Part shown: piece by piece, positions 19,850-30,213 of the stretch
Numbering within the stretch: the stretch's first letter is position 1
Layout of the letters: every line of letters begins with the position of its first letter
Assembly: GCA_050953245.1 (NCBI GenBank)
Contig: JBMNMG010000003.1
Span: 12,192-76,191, forward strand
Direction: 5' to 3'
Length of the DNA stretch: 64,000 nt
From: Bacteroidales bacterium
GTDB lineage: Bacteria > Bacteroidota > Bacteroidia > Bacteroidales > BM520
The notes under the pieces: generated by a model
Seen by the model: only the letters and a program-made list of their open reading frames with translations
Databases searched by the model: none
What the model was told of the DNA's origin: nothing
Position numbers and translations under genes: made by a program

Positions 19850-22288
19850 ATGAAGAAATTATTCACACTTTTTATTATTTTATTTGCTTTAGCATTGACT
19901 AATGTTTCCTACTCACAAGAAAAAACTGATGCAATGTTGTTCGGTCATGTATTATCTAAAGAAACAGGTGAACACTTACCATATGTTTCTATAGTTTTAA
20001 AGGGTACTAATAAAGGTACAAGCACCGATGCTACCGGACATTATGCATTATCTAATTTACCTATTGGAAAACAAACTATAGTTGCTTATTTATTAGGGTA
20101 TAAGGCACAAGAAAAAGAAATTGTTTTAGAAGCAAATTCTTCAAGCGTGTTGTTTTTTGAATTGGAAATAGATGCCTTAAATCTTGATCAAGTAGTTATT
20201 ACCGGTACTAGGACAGAACATTATGTAAAAGATGTTCCTATTCGTACAGAAGTGGTAACTTCCAAATCTATAGAAAATTTAAATGCGGGAAATTTATTTG
20301 AAATCTTAGAAACAGTACCTGGAGTTAGGGTAGAAAGCCAATGTCAATATTGTAATTTTACGATGGTTAGGATACAAGGTTTAGGAGCAGAGCATACTCA
20401 AATGTTAATAAACGGTCAACCTATGTATTCCGGATTGGCCGGGGTTTACGGTCTCCAACAATTAAGCACTGTAAATATTGATCAGATAGAAATTGTAAAA
20501 GCTGCAGGATCAGCTTTATATGGAAGTGGAGCGGTTGCAGGTGCTATTAATATTGTAACAAAAAAACCTTCCTTTACTCCACAAACTATTTTAGATGTTC
20601 AATTAGGTAAATATGGCACTAATAAACTGGACTTATCATCTTCCTTAAGAAATGAGAAAGGTAATGTAGGTTTAAATGTTTATGCTCAAATTAATACAGG
20701 TAAACCTATAGACGAAACAGGAGAAGGATCAACAGTAAAAGAAGTTAAACAGCCGGATGGCATCTCCGATAGAATAGCTTCTAAATTAACTAATGCAGGT
20801 TTCGATTTATATGTGGATAAATTATTTGTGGAAAATGATGAGTTTGTTGTAAGAGGGAAAACTATCTTAGAAACAAGAGATGGAGGAATATTGAATGACG
20901 ATTACTATTTAAATCCATTTACAGATGGTACTGAGTCAATTAAAACGGATAGATACGAAGCTGAATTAAATTATAAATTACCTATAGGAAATCGTTCAAA
21001 ATTAAATTTTTTAATTGGATATGTAAATCATAACAGAAATGCCACCAACGATGCTTTCTTGAGTGATTACATGGATACACACGATGATGAGGTCCCTGAT
21101 TTAAGAACCTTACGCCCATATATAGCTATTGAAAATACTTTAACTTCTACTTTATCTTTCAGCTCAAAATTAAAAAATCATAGTCTAATTACCGGCATTC
21201 AAGCTTTTTATGATAAATTGTCAGAGTCAGCAATGTATGTTGTTGTTGATGAAGATAATCCTTATTTTGGGGAACCTTATAAGTCATTTGCAAAAAAATC
21301 TGCATTTGAATTTGGAGCTTTTGTCCAAGACGAATGGGCTTTATTTAAAGATAAATTAGTAATAGTTCCCGGTGTTCGTTTTGATTATCATAATTCAGGT
21401 GAAGAATATACATCATCTGAGCAAATATCAATAGAAAATTTATTTCCAACAACATCATTTAAAGAAGCAACATTTAACCCAAGATTAGCAATTAAATACG
21501 ATATCAATCATCGGATTACTTTAAGAGCTAATGTAGGAACCGGATTTAGAGCTCCTTACGGCTTCTCGGAAGATTTACACTTATGTAGCGGATCTCCCAG
21601 AGTTTGGAAATCATCGGAGTTAAATCCGGAACGTTCGTTAAGCTATAACTTTTCTGCAGATTACTACGGGAAAAAGGTAAATGTAAGCTTAAACTTATTT
21701 AGAACTGATTTAAAAGATAAAATAGGATTTAAAGATGCAGAAGATAAAGTATCTGCACTTGGGTATGATTATCAATGGGATAATATAGATGATGCTTTTG
21801 TACAGGGTGTTGAATTAACAATTTCTTCTAATCCCGTTAAAAACTTAAATATTGGTGTAGATTTCACATTAAATCAAGGCAAATATAAAAATGTTCGTGA
21901 AGATTGGGTAGGGACGGAGTACGAAGAAATAAGCAAATATATTTCCAGATTTCCAATGACAACAGGAGGTCTAAAATTGGAATATACTCCAAAAACTTGG
22001 ACCTTTAGTATAAATTCTTCTTATCAAGGCACTATGTATATTGATTATTATAATGAAGATATTGATCCGGTAATTGGAGATCAATCAAAAATTAAGAAAA
22101 CTAAACCTTATGCATTATTAAATGCGAGAATTGCTAAGGATTTTAAAGGCGTAAGATTATATGCAGGAGCTAATAACATTTTTAATTATGTTCAGGATGA
22201 AAAACATTTAGATGATGCAGCATTTATTTATGCCCCTTTGTATGGAATAATGTTTTATGGAGGAATCAGAATAACTCTAAAACATTAA
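19850..22288 (+). CDS. TonB-dependent receptor with carboxypeptidase-regulatory-like N-domain
   Basis: Signal peptide, CarbopepD_reg-like segment, plug (IEIVKAAGSALYGSGAVAGAINIVTK), 812 aa beta-barrel. The C-terminus lacks the usual terminal aromatic residue (ends in His). Confidence 0.9.
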   Translation: MKKLFTLFIILFALALTNVSYSQEKTDAMLFGHVLSKETGEHLPYVSIVLKGTNKGTSTDATGHYALSNLPIGKQTIVAYLLGYKAQEKEIVLEANSSSVLFFELEIDALNLDQVVITGTRTEHYVKDVPIRTEVVTSKSIENLNAGNLFEILETVPGVRVESQCQYCNFTMVRIQGLGAEHTQMLINGQPMYSGLAGVYGLQQLSTVNIDQIEIVKAAGSALYGSGAVAGAINIVTKKPSFTPQTILDVQLGKYGTNKLDLSSSLRNEKGNVGLNVYAQINTGKPIDETGEGSTVKEVKQPDGISDRIASKLTNAGFDLYVDKLFVENDEFVVRGKTILETRDGGILNDDYYLNPFTDGTESIKTDRYEAELNYKLPIGNRSKLNFLIGYVNHNRNATNDAFLSDYMDTHDDEVPDLRTLRPYIAIENTLTSTLSFSSKLKNHSLITGIQAFYDKLSESAMYVVVDEDNPYFGEPYKSFAKKSAFEFGAFVQDEWALFKDKLVIVPGVRFDYHNSGEEYTSSEQISIENLFPTTSFKEATFNPRLAIKYDINHRITLRANVGTGFRAPYGFSEDLHLCSGSPRVWKSSELNPERSLSYNFSADYYGKKVNVSLNLFRTDLKDKIGFKDAEDKVSALGYDYQWDNIDDAFVQGVELTISSNPVKNLNIGVDFTLNQGKYKNVREDWVGTEYEEISKYISRFPMTTGGLKLEYTPKTWTFSINSSYQGTMYIDYYNEDIDPVIGDQSKIKKTKPYALLNARIAKDFKGVRLYAGANNIFNYVQDEKHLDDAAFIYAPLYGIMFYGGIRITLKH

Positions 22289-22313
22289 TAAATAAAATTA
22301 AGATATTTTTATG

Positions 22314-22344
22314 AAAAAAGGAAGGTAATTACCTTCCTTTTTTT
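22314..22344. terminator. bidirectional intrinsic terminator
   Basis: GGAAGGTAA/TTACCTTCC stem flanked by an A-run and a T-run. Confidence 0.75.
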
Positions 22345-22402
22345 AATGTAATTTAAGAACAAATAAATTCCAAATAATTAAAAAATTATCCTTATGAAAA
22401 AA

Positions 22403-22783
22403 TTATTCGATATTGTTTTTCAATAAAATGTCCTCTAAAATTTTTGATTTATCTATTGAGTCGCAATCACAAGAATTAACTAATTCTTTAGCCTTCTTAG
22501 TCAGTCTAAAATACATCTGACGTTTATCTTCTTTATCTATTATTCTTTCAATTAAACCTTTCTTTTCAACAGATTTAATTACTTTAGAAGTATTTGAATT
22601 AGACAAATGAAGCTTTTTAGCTAATTCTCCGGCAGTAAGTTTTTCATCTTTTAAAGTACAAATAAGCATACCTTCATTTAATGATAAACCATACTCTTTT
22701 TGAAACAACTCTTCAAAGTTTTTTATTGCGATAAAAATATCTCTAATGTAGCAAAGTGTGTTAATACTCATTTTACTCCTCAT
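22403..22783 (-). CDS. MarR-family transcriptional regulator
   Basis: Winged-helix pattern LTAGELAKKLHLSNSNTSKVIKSVEKKGLIER...DKRQ. 126 aa. Overlaps the thioredoxin gene end. Confidence 0.8.
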   Translation of the reverse strand: MRSKMSINTLCYIRDIFIAIKNFEELFQKEYGLSLNEGMLICTLKDEKLTAGELAKKLHLSNSNTSKVIKSVEKKGLIERIIDKEDKRQMYFRLTKKAKELVNSCDCDSIDKSKILEDILLKNNIE

Positions 22784-23249
22784 TTTTCTTTAATAAGACA
22801 TTTTCTATTGCATCTTTTAATGCTTCCTTAGGAAGTGCACCATTAGCTATTTGAGGTTGTCCATCTAAAGGAATAAATAAAAGAGTAGGTATTGAACGTA
22901 TATTAAACGCTGCTGCCAATTCTTGTTCTTCTTCTGTATTTACTTTATAAATATAAATTTCTTCTTTATATTCTTCTGCCAATTCTTCTAAAATAGGAGA
23001 AATCATTTTGCATGGACCGCACCACGAAGCATAAAAATCCACAATAGCAGGTTTGTTACCTAAATATTTCCACTCGTTAGGATTGTTCTCATAATCCACG
23101 ACTTTCTTTAAAAAATCTTCTTTTGTTAAATGAATTGTTGCCATACTATTAATATTATTATTGTTATTGTTATTGTTATTATTATTTTTACATGAAACTG
23201 AAAATAGTATCAAAATAATCAATGATACAAAGCCTAATTTTTTATACAT
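22773..23249 (-). CDS. thioredoxin lipoprotein with poly-Asn linker
   Basis: WCGPCK active site, lipoprotein signal (FSVSC), run of 13 Asn after the lipobox. Confidence 0.85.
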   Translation of the reverse strand: MYKKLGFVSLIILILFSVSCKNNNNNNNNNNNINSMATIHLTKEDFLKKVVDYENNPNEWKYLGNKPAIVDFYASWCGPCKMISPILEELAEEYKEEIYIYKVNTEEEQELAAAFNIRSIPTLLFIPLDGQPQIANGALPKEALKDAIENVLLKKNEE

Positions 23250-23412
23250 AATTTTGTTTTTTTTAATTTTAGTTTTGCAAATATAATATAAATTTTACAA
23301 TAGAAATAGATTATAGTAGAAAATAATTTTAATTAATTGCTTTTATGTTTTTTTGTAATTGTTTTCTGTATATAACACCTTGATTATTTGAGTGTTATGT
23401 ATTGTCAACAAA

Positions 23413-23440
23413 AAAATAACATTTTTTAACATGTTATTTT
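23413..23440. promoter_or_regulatory. perfect 10-bp inverted repeat upstream of the peroxiredoxin gene (candidate operator)
   Basis: AAAATAACAT-N8-ATGTTATTTT, ~25 nt upstream of a TATCTTTG -7 box (23465-23472). Confidence 0.35.
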
Positions 23441-23514
23441 GTTGCATATTAAAATAAAGTATTATCTTTGTATAGAATTTAAATAGAAAGTTTAAGTTTT
23501 AAAATAAAATAGAT

Positions 23515-24219
23515 ATGGAAGAAACAATGAATGTAATGCCAAGAATTGGCGACAAAGCTCCGGAATTTAAAGCAATAACTACTCAAGGTACAATAAATTT
23601 CCCTAAGGATTATAGAGGGAAATGGGTTATTTTATTTAGCCATCCGGCAGATTTTACACCTGTTTGTACTACAGAATTTATGACATTTGGAAAAATGGCT
23701 CAAGAATTTGAAGAGCTAAATTGTGAATTGGTAGGCTTATCAATTGACGGTATTTATAGCCACATTGCATGGTTAAGAACAATAAAAGAAAAAATAGAAT
23801 TTAAAGACATGGAAAATATCGAAATTAAATTTCCTTTAATAGAAGATATTACCATGAATGTTGCTAAATTGTATGGAATGCTTCAACCTAATGAGAGTGA
23901 AACAAAAGCAGTAAGAGCTGTGTTCTTTATAGATCCAAAAGGAATAATTAGAACAATTATGTATTATCCTGCTTCGTTAGGAAGAAATTTCCAAGAAATA
24001 AAAAGAGTTTTAATAGGCTTACAAACAGCTGATGAATTTGGTGTGGCTACACCTGCTGATTGGAAACCCGGTGATGAAGTAATAGTACCAACTGAAGGAT
24101 CGTGTGGAGGAGCTAATAAAGCTGTAGAAAATGAAGAAACACATTGCTATGATTGGTTCTTATGTACAAAGGTTATCCCAGAAGAAGAAATTAAAGCTAA
24201 ATTATTAAAGAAAAAATAA
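23515..24219 (+). CDS. peroxiredoxin (1-Cys/Prx6-like)
   Basis: PADFTPVCTTE peroxidatic Cys motif. 234 aa. Confidence 0.9.
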   Translation: MEETMNVMPRIGDKAPEFKAITTQGTINFPKDYRGKWVILFSHPADFTPVCTTEFMTFGKMAQEFEELNCELVGLSIDGIYSHIAWLRTIKEKIEFKDMENIEIKFPLIEDITMNVAKLYGMLQPNESETKAVRAVFFIDPKGIIRTIMYYPASLGRNFQEIKRVLIGLQTADEFGVATPADWKPGDEVIVPTEGSCGGANKAVENEETHCYDWFLCTKVIPEEEIKAKLLKKK

Positions 24220-24274
24220 TTAATTAATAATAAGTTTTTTTATAGAATTTTTCTATACAATTGACTTAATACTT

Positions 24275-24310
24275 AAAAAAAGCTGTCTAACAATAAGACA
24301 GCTTTTTTTT
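24275..24310 (+). terminator. intrinsic terminator after peroxiredoxin
   Basis: AGCTGTCT/AGACAGCT stem plus a T8 run. Confidence 0.75.
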
Positions 24311-24418
24311 GTTTAGCCTTTACTTTAATAAATTTATAATTAGAAAATTAATAGCATTAAAACGTAAACTTATTTTAAAAATTTTTATATTTGCAAAGTT
24401 GAATTAATAATCTTTTAT

Positions 24419-25765
24419 ATGAAAAAAAATTTACTAACCTTAACACTTATTTTAGTGGTATTAATAATCCCGTTAAATTTATTTTCCCAGCAAATAAAAA
24501 TTAGCGGAGAGTTTAGGCCTAGAGCAGAAGTTAGAAGTGGTTTTCAAAAACCATTACTTAAATCAGAAGATCCTGTATTTGCTATTTTTCAAAGAACAAG
24601 ATTGGATGTAGGCTATGAAAGCAAATTGTTTGAAACTAAAATATCTTTACAAGATGTTAGAGTTTGGGGTCAAACCAATCATAAATCTGCAGGCATACCA
24701 ATTAATTTGTTTGAAGGCTGGATGCGATTTTATTTTCTGAATTATTCCAGTGTAACCATAGGTAGACAAGTCATTAAATATGATGATAATAGGTTGCTAT
24801 CCGCATCTAGTTGGTCCGCAACGGGATATTCCCACGATTTAATATTGTATAAATATAATAACAAAAATAATAATTACTTTTTAGATTTAGGATTAGCATA
24901 TAATAATTCCAAAGACGTTAAGAATTCAGCATATTATTACGATAATGCAGGGAGTTTTTATAAAATGATGAATTATTTGTGGACACAAAAAGGGTTTAAG
25001 AAAGGTTTAAGCTTAAGTGGTATTTTTATTCATGAATTACATCAAGATCCTAAGATGGTCGATAATCCTATAGTTGATATTAATAATTATAGTAGATTTA
25101 CTACAGGGCTCAATTTAAAGTTAAGTGACAAAAACTTACCCATCGGGTTTTTATTATCAGGATATTATCAATTTGGTCAATCTACTAAAACATATATAAA
25201 TAATGGACAATTACAACATAAAGATTTAAGTGCATTTTTATTAGCTGCTAAAATCAATTATTTTATTAATAATAACTTTACTTTTACTCTTGGTTGTGAT
25301 TTATATTCAGGAACAAAATATAATTTAGAAGATAACAATTCTACAAACAATAAATCAAATACATGGCAAAAGTTATACGGTTCAAATCACTCATTTAATG
25401 GATCTATGGAGTATTGGAGATCAATTAATGATTATGGATTAGCAAACTTTTATGGAAAATTTGTTAGCCATGTTAACAATAATCTATCATTTGGATTAAC
25501 ATATCACTTTTTTAGTTCTCATCAAAATTTAAGTTCTTACGAAGGTACATCCGGTAAGTATTTAGGTTCGGAATTAGATCTTGATCTATCTTGGAAATTT
25601 ATGAAATATGCTGAGCTAACAGGAGGGTGGAGTACATATTTTAATTCCAATAATACTTTATTAGTAAAAGGTATGGCAGCAGATGCTGATATCAGATTTC
25701 CACAATGGGCATTTATTTCAATATCATTTAAACCTGAATTTTTTAAATCAAATAAACTCTTTTAA
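24419..25765 (+). CDS. outer-membrane beta-barrel, alginate-export-family-like porin
   Basis: Signal peptide, ISGEFRPRAEVRSG start typical of that family, alternating beta-strand pattern, C-terminal Phe. Confidence 0.55.
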   Translation: MKKNLLTLTLILVVLIIPLNLFSQQIKISGEFRPRAEVRSGFQKPLLKSEDPVFAIFQRTRLDVGYESKLFETKISLQDVRVWGQTNHKSAGIPINLFEGWMRFYFLNYSSVTIGRQVIKYDDNRLLSASSWSATGYSHDLILYKYNNKNNNYFLDLGLAYNNSKDVKNSAYYYDNAGSFYKMMNYLWTQKGFKKGLSLSGIFIHELHQDPKMVDNPIVDINNYSRFTTGLNLKLSDKNLPIGFLLSGYYQFGQSTKTYINNGQLQHKDLSAFLLAAKINYFINNNFTFTLGCDLYSGTKYNLEDNNSTNNKSNTWQKLYGSNHSFNGSMEYWRSINDYGLANFYGKFVSHVNNNLSFGLTYHFFSSHQNLSSYEGTSGKYLGSELDLDLSWKFMKYAELTGGWSTYFNSNNTLLVKGMAADADIRFPQWAFISISFKPEFFKSNKLF

Positions 25766-25775
25766 ATAAATAAAT

Positions 25776-27119
25776 ATGAAAAAAAGATCTATAAACGAGG
25801 ATTGGGCAGCAACGTATACAGGCTGGTTTATTATTTTTTTAGTGTTTTGTGTTTATTGGATTTTGAATCCAATAATTGGGGAAAATTTAAATTTGAAAAG
25901 TTACTGGCCTTCTTTTACATTTGGAAATTCCGAACAATTTCTAAAAATATTTCATTATACAAACCTACTTAAGATATTATGGGTGTATGTTGTGTTTGGA
26001 ATATTTGTAATAATAGCAGGTGTAATAGCCGGTAAAGCAAATAAGCTAACTACTTCAAAATTTATTTCTCAAACTTTAGCAGGTTACACAGTAATATTTC
26101 TATTAACAATTTTAGCAAATATTATTAGTGGAAATGTATTTTTAAAAGCTTGGGGTTTAGAAACAGTAATTTTTTGTTTATTTTTAGGTTTAATAATAAG
26201 TAACTTTTTTAAGGTGCCCGAATGGCTTACTAAAACATTAAATTCTGAATTTTATATTAAAATAGGTTTAATATTATTAGGCGCAACTATTCTTTTTAAA
26301 GATATAATGCAATCAGGATTAAAAGGAATGATACAAGCACTTGTAGTAATTCTTGCTGTTTGGAATTTTTGTTTTTGGGTATGTAAAAAAATGAAAATAG
26401 ATCGAGAATTGTCCGTAATGTTATCTAGCGGTGTTTCTATATGCGGTGTTTCTGCTGCTGTAGCTACAGCTGGCGCTATTAATGGAGATAAAAAGAAATT
26501 GTCTTTTGTAGTTTCCTTAGTCTTAATAGTAGCAGTTCCGATGATAATTATTTTACCTTTTCTTGCCAAAATCTTAGGTTTTTCACAAGCTTTAGCAGGT
26601 GCATGGTTTGGGGGGACGATCGATACTACAGGAGCAGTTGTAGCAAGTGGTGAGTTTTTTGGTGAGGAAGCATTGAAAACCAGTACCATCGTTAAATTTT
26701 CGCAAAACGTTTTATTGGGTGTTGCAGCATTTGTTATTTCATTATACTGGTCTATGACAGGTCAGGGAGATAGAGAGGAAAGACCTTCTCCAAAAGTTAT
26801 TTGGGATAGGTTTCCAAAGTTTGTTTTAGGGTTTATTATTGCTTCAATGGTATTCTCCTTTATAGTTCCAAAAGCAACTGCCGATATTACTGTCCCATTT
26901 ATTAAAAAAATGCAGGGATTTTGGTTTGCCTTAGCATTTACATCTATTGGCTTGGAAACTAACTTTAAACAGTTATTTAACAAGTCTAATATGCGTGCTA
27001 CATGGGCCTTCTTAATTGCACAAACATTTAATATATTTTTCACATTATTAATTGCTTGGTTGTTATTTGCCGATGGATACTTAATAATTTGGAACTTCTT
27101 AGTTTCATTGTTTTCATAA
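25776..27119 (+). CDS. YeiH/UPF0324 family putative sulfate exporter
   Basis: Polytopic membrane protein with the SSGVSICGVSAAVATAGAI signature. 447 aa. Confidence 0.65.
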   Translation: MKKRSINEDWAATYTGWFIIFLVFCVYWILNPIIGENLNLKSYWPSFTFGNSEQFLKIFHYTNLLKILWVYVVFGIFVIIAGVIAGKANKLTTSKFISQTLAGYTVIFLLTILANIISGNVFLKAWGLETVIFCLFLGLIISNFFKVPEWLTKTLNSEFYIKIGLILLGATILFKDIMQSGLKGMIQALVVILAVWNFCFWVCKKMKIDRELSVMLSSGVSICGVSAAVATAGAINGDKKKLSFVVSLVLIVAVPMIIILPFLAKILGFSQALAGAWFGGTIDTTGAVVASGEFFGEEALKTSTIVKFSQNVLLGVAAFVISLYWSMTGQGDREERPSPKVIWDRFPKFVLGFIIASMVFSFIVPKATADITVPFIKKMQGFWFALAFTSIGLETNFKQLFNKSNMRATWAFLIAQTFNIFFTLLIAWLLFADGYLIIWNFLVSLFS

Positions 27120-27167
27120 GATATAAATTAAAAATAAAAATTATAAGTTTAATTAAAGTTTAATAAA

Positions 27168-29420
27168 ATGAAAAATTTTTTTATATTAATTGCTACTATA
27201 CTATTATTTGTAGGAGTAGCAAATTCGCAAGAAAAAGCTCTTTTATTATCAGAGTCCTTCGATGGACCGAATATGCCTGCCGGTTGGAGTATAAAAGGTG
27301 TTGGTCTCAATAATTGGAAAATAAAATCAACTATGGAGGCCGGCGGAGAGCCTAATGAGATATCTTGTAATTGGAATCCGCAGTTTACTGGAATATCCAG
27401 ACTTGTTTCACCAGCAATAGATTTAAGTGGAATCAGTTCTTTTAATTTTACCTTTAAAATGAATATAAATTTTTATTCAGGATCTATTACAATAGGTGTT
27501 GCAACATCGTCAGATAACGGAGCAAACTGGAATAATGGATGGTCTAAAGCTTATAGCACAAATACTACTACTACAGTTTTCGAAGAAATAAGCACACCTG
27601 ATTGTGGGGAATCTAACGTTTTAGTTTGTCTTTATATTAGTGGAAGCAGTTATAATTTTAATGACATATATTTTGACGATATAGAAGCTTTTACACTCGA
27701 AAATTTAGATGCTAAAGTACAATCTATAAACTTAGATAATATTATAGATTTAGGAGAAAATGAAGTAGGTTTTTCTGTTGCAAATTATGGGTTAGAAACA
27801 ATTAATTCCTTAGATGCAGATTTGTATATTAATGATGAGTTAGTAACAAACGAAGAATTTACCGATTTATCTATTGAATCGCTAAATAGCAAAGATTTGA
27901 CTTTTACCTATAAACCGGAATTTAATAAAGAAGGTATCTATGAAGTTAAAGTAGTGATAAATTTAGCAAATGGACAACAAGATGATGAAGAATTGAACAA
28001 TAGTTTAATAAAATCAGTTTCTCCAGCAATCTTGAGTACAGATAGAACAGTTATGGTTGAATTGTTCACAAGTTCTACATGTGGCCCTTGTGCAGGTTTT
28101 AATCCGACTTTAGATAATTTATTAGCAAATAATCCCGGAAAATATACTATTAATAAATATCAGATGAATTGGCCCGGAGCAGGCGATCCTTATTATAATG
28201 ACGATGGTGCTACAAGAAGATTTTATTATGGAGTATCAGGTGTTCCTGCTTGTTACATAGATGGATCACAAACTTATAGTGTAAATCAATATTTATTTAA
28301 CAATGCTTTAGCAGAACCTGCCTATTTAGACATTATTGGTAATTATACTATTGATGGTAATACAGTGCATTTAGACTTTGATGTTGTATCATTTGCAAGT
28401 GTTGTTGATGTGTGTTTATTAGTATCTATAAATGAAAAAAAGACAACAGGGAATGTTGGTGGTAATGGTGAAACAGAATTCCATCATGTTATGATGATAA
28501 TGTTACCTTCAGGTAACGGCTCAACTATTAGCTTAGAAGCTGGAGTTCCTAAACATTTTACCTTTTCACAAAATATGGCTGATACGCATGTTGAAGAAAT
28601 GGATGATTTAGAAGTTTCAGTATTTGTTCAAAAACCAGCAACAAGATATGTTTTTAACTCTAAGTTTTTAGAAAGTGTTGATCAATTATTATTACCTGTT
28701 CAAAATTTAACTTGTACAAGTTCTGATAATATTAAAGCAACTTTAAGTTGGGAAAAACCTGAAGGAGCAAACCCGGTTAGTTACAATGTTTATTACGATA
28801 ATGATTTAATTTCAAATACAACTGAATTAACTATGGAGGTAGATGTTGATAATGAATTAAATACTTATAGTGTAGAAGCAGTTTATTCCAATGATTTAGT
28901 TTCAGTTAAATCTTCAGTATTATATTATGCCGGAGGTGAAATAGAAGAGTTATTACCTGTACAAAACTTAGTAGTATCAAATGAAGAATTTATGATTAGC
29001 TGGGATGCACCTGCAGCAGGTAATCCATTAAGTTATAATATTTATGTAAACAACGAAGTAGTAGGTAATACTACAGATTTATTTTATGTATTTGATGAAA
29101 TAACAAAATCAGCAGATGTTTGCGTAACTGCTTTGTATCAAAATGGAGAATCTCCAAAAGAATGTATAACAGTAGATTGGTTAAATATTGGAAATATAAA
29201 TACAAATATTACTTTATATCCTAATCCTGCTAAGAATGTAGTAAGTATTGATGGAGTTAGTGTTCAAAAAGTACTTATTTATAATAATTTAGGACAATTA
29301 GTACAAGAATTTTCCAATACTAATCAAATTAACATATCTAATTTAAATCAAGGTGTTTATTTCTTAAATATCATAGATATTAATAACAATAACTACAATC
29401 AAAAATTAATGGTAGAATAA
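27168..29420 (+). CDS. T9SS-secreted multidomain surface protein
   Basis: Signal peptide. The N-terminal LLSESFDG...PAGWS module resembles choice-of-anchor-J. FN3-like repeats. C-terminal sorting domain LYPNPAKNVVSIDG...GVYFLNI. Confidence 0.7.
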   Translation: MKNFFILIATILLFVGVANSQEKALLLSESFDGPNMPAGWSIKGVGLNNWKIKSTMEAGGEPNEISCNWNPQFTGISRLVSPAIDLSGISSFNFTFKMNINFYSGSITIGVATSSDNGANWNNGWSKAYSTNTTTTVFEEISTPDCGESNVLVCLYISGSSYNFNDIYFDDIEAFTLENLDAKVQSINLDNIIDLGENEVGFSVANYGLETINSLDADLYINDELVTNEEFTDLSIESLNSKDLTFTYKPEFNKEGIYEVKVVINLANGQQDDEELNNSLIKSVSPAILSTDRTVMVELFTSSTCGPCAGFNPTLDNLLANNPGKYTINKYQMNWPGAGDPYYNDDGATRRFYYGVSGVPACYIDGSQTYSVNQYLFNNALAEPAYLDIIGNYTIDGNTVHLDFDVVSFASVVDVCLLVSINEKKTTGNVGGNGETEFHHVMMIMLPSGNGSTISLEAGVPKHFTFSQNMADTHVEEMDDLEVSVFVQKPATRYVFNSKFLESVDQLLLPVQNLTCTSSDNIKATLSWEKPEGANPVSYNVYYDNDLISNTTELTMEVDVDNELNTYSVEAVYSNDLVSVKSSVLYYAGGEIEELLPVQNLVVSNEEFMISWDAPAAGNPLSYNIYVNNEVVGNTTDLFYVFDEITKSADVCVTALYQNGESPKECITVDWLNIGNINTNITLYPNPAKNVVSIDGVSVQKVLIYNNLGQLVQEFSNTNQINISNLNQGVYFLNIIDINNNNYNQKLMVE

Positions 29421-29450
29421 TAGTTATTTAGTTAAAACAACCTAAAATAG

Positions 29451-29481
29451 AAAAAGCCGTTGATTTTTCAACGGCTTTTTT
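29451..29481. terminator. bidirectional intrinsic terminator
   Basis: AGCCGTTGA/TCAACGGCT stem flanked by an A-run and a T-run, between convergent genes. Confidence 0.75.
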
Positions 29482-29507
29482 ATTAAAATTTGATTAATAA
29501 TTAATTT

Positions 29508-29666
29508 TTATAGAGGTGAAAAACTTGATTTATCTACTCCACAATCCGGACATGTCCAATCATCTGGAAGATCTTCAAAAGCTGTTCCGGCAGGAATTCC
29601 ATTAGCTGGATCACCTACTTCTGGGTCATAAACATAACCGCAAATATCACATTCATACTTTCTCAT
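29508..29666 (-). CDS. rubredoxin (52 aa; absent from supplied ORF track)
   Basis: My translation: [52 protein letters not shown]. It has both CxxCG knuckles and the conserved YDP/DDW residues. Confidence 0.9.
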   Translation of the reverse strand: MRKYECDICGYVYDPEVGDPANGIPAGTAFEDLPDDWTCPDCGVDKSSFSPL

Positions 29667-29712
29667 AAAAACTTTTTTTAATTGATTTAATTTATTTATT
29701 ACTAATTTATTT

Positions 29713-30213
29713 TTAAAAAGGATAATTATCCTTGTTTATTCTTTGCAATTTCATAGATAAACCAAAAAGTTTTACGCCTACATATCCTTTTAATATTATT
29801 TCTTGATCATTTTCTATTTCAATATAGGCTTTATAAACTTTATCATTTTTTGGATTAACTATAGATCCATTTACCCATCTGTTTTTATTAGGATCAAATT
29901 CAAAGTCTTTAAATATTACCATGGGTTCGTTATCACTAATATTTATTATTTTTGAATCATTAGTTTTTTTTCCATTTTCGTATATCTTAATTTTTAAAAC
30001 TTTACCATAAAATTTGTCATTTTCTTTATATATTTCTATTACGGATTCATCATCGGAAAAAATGTCAACAACGTGATATAAACCTAAAATGTCGTTTTCA
30101 GAATAATTTTGTGCAAAAATATTTTCATTTGAAAAAAAGCATAATAGAAGTAAATTACAAACTCTTAGTACTGAATGGAAATAATTATTATTAATATTCA
30201 AAGATATTGTCAT
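29713..30213 (-). CDS. DUF2147-like periplasmic protein
   Basis: Signal peptide. The GLYHVVD...GKVL...[17 protein letters not shown] pattern recalls DUF2147. Confidence 0.5.
   Translation of the reverse strand: MTISLNINNNYFHSVLRVCNLLLLCFFSNENIFAQNYSENDILGLYHVVDIFSDDESVIEIYKENDKFYGKVLKIKIYENGKKTNDSKIINISDNEPMVIFKDFEFDPNKNRWVNGSIVNPKNDKVYKAYIEIENDQEIILKGYVGVKLFGLSMKLQRINKDNYPF

Noticed and set aside
23148-23189. AAT/AAC repeat encoding 13 Asn in the thioredoxin lipoprotein, as a phase-variation (contingency) tract.
   Set aside because: It is a trinucleotide repeat in frame. Slippage would change linker length but would not switch the gene on or off. Such Asn linkers are common in AT-rich genomes.
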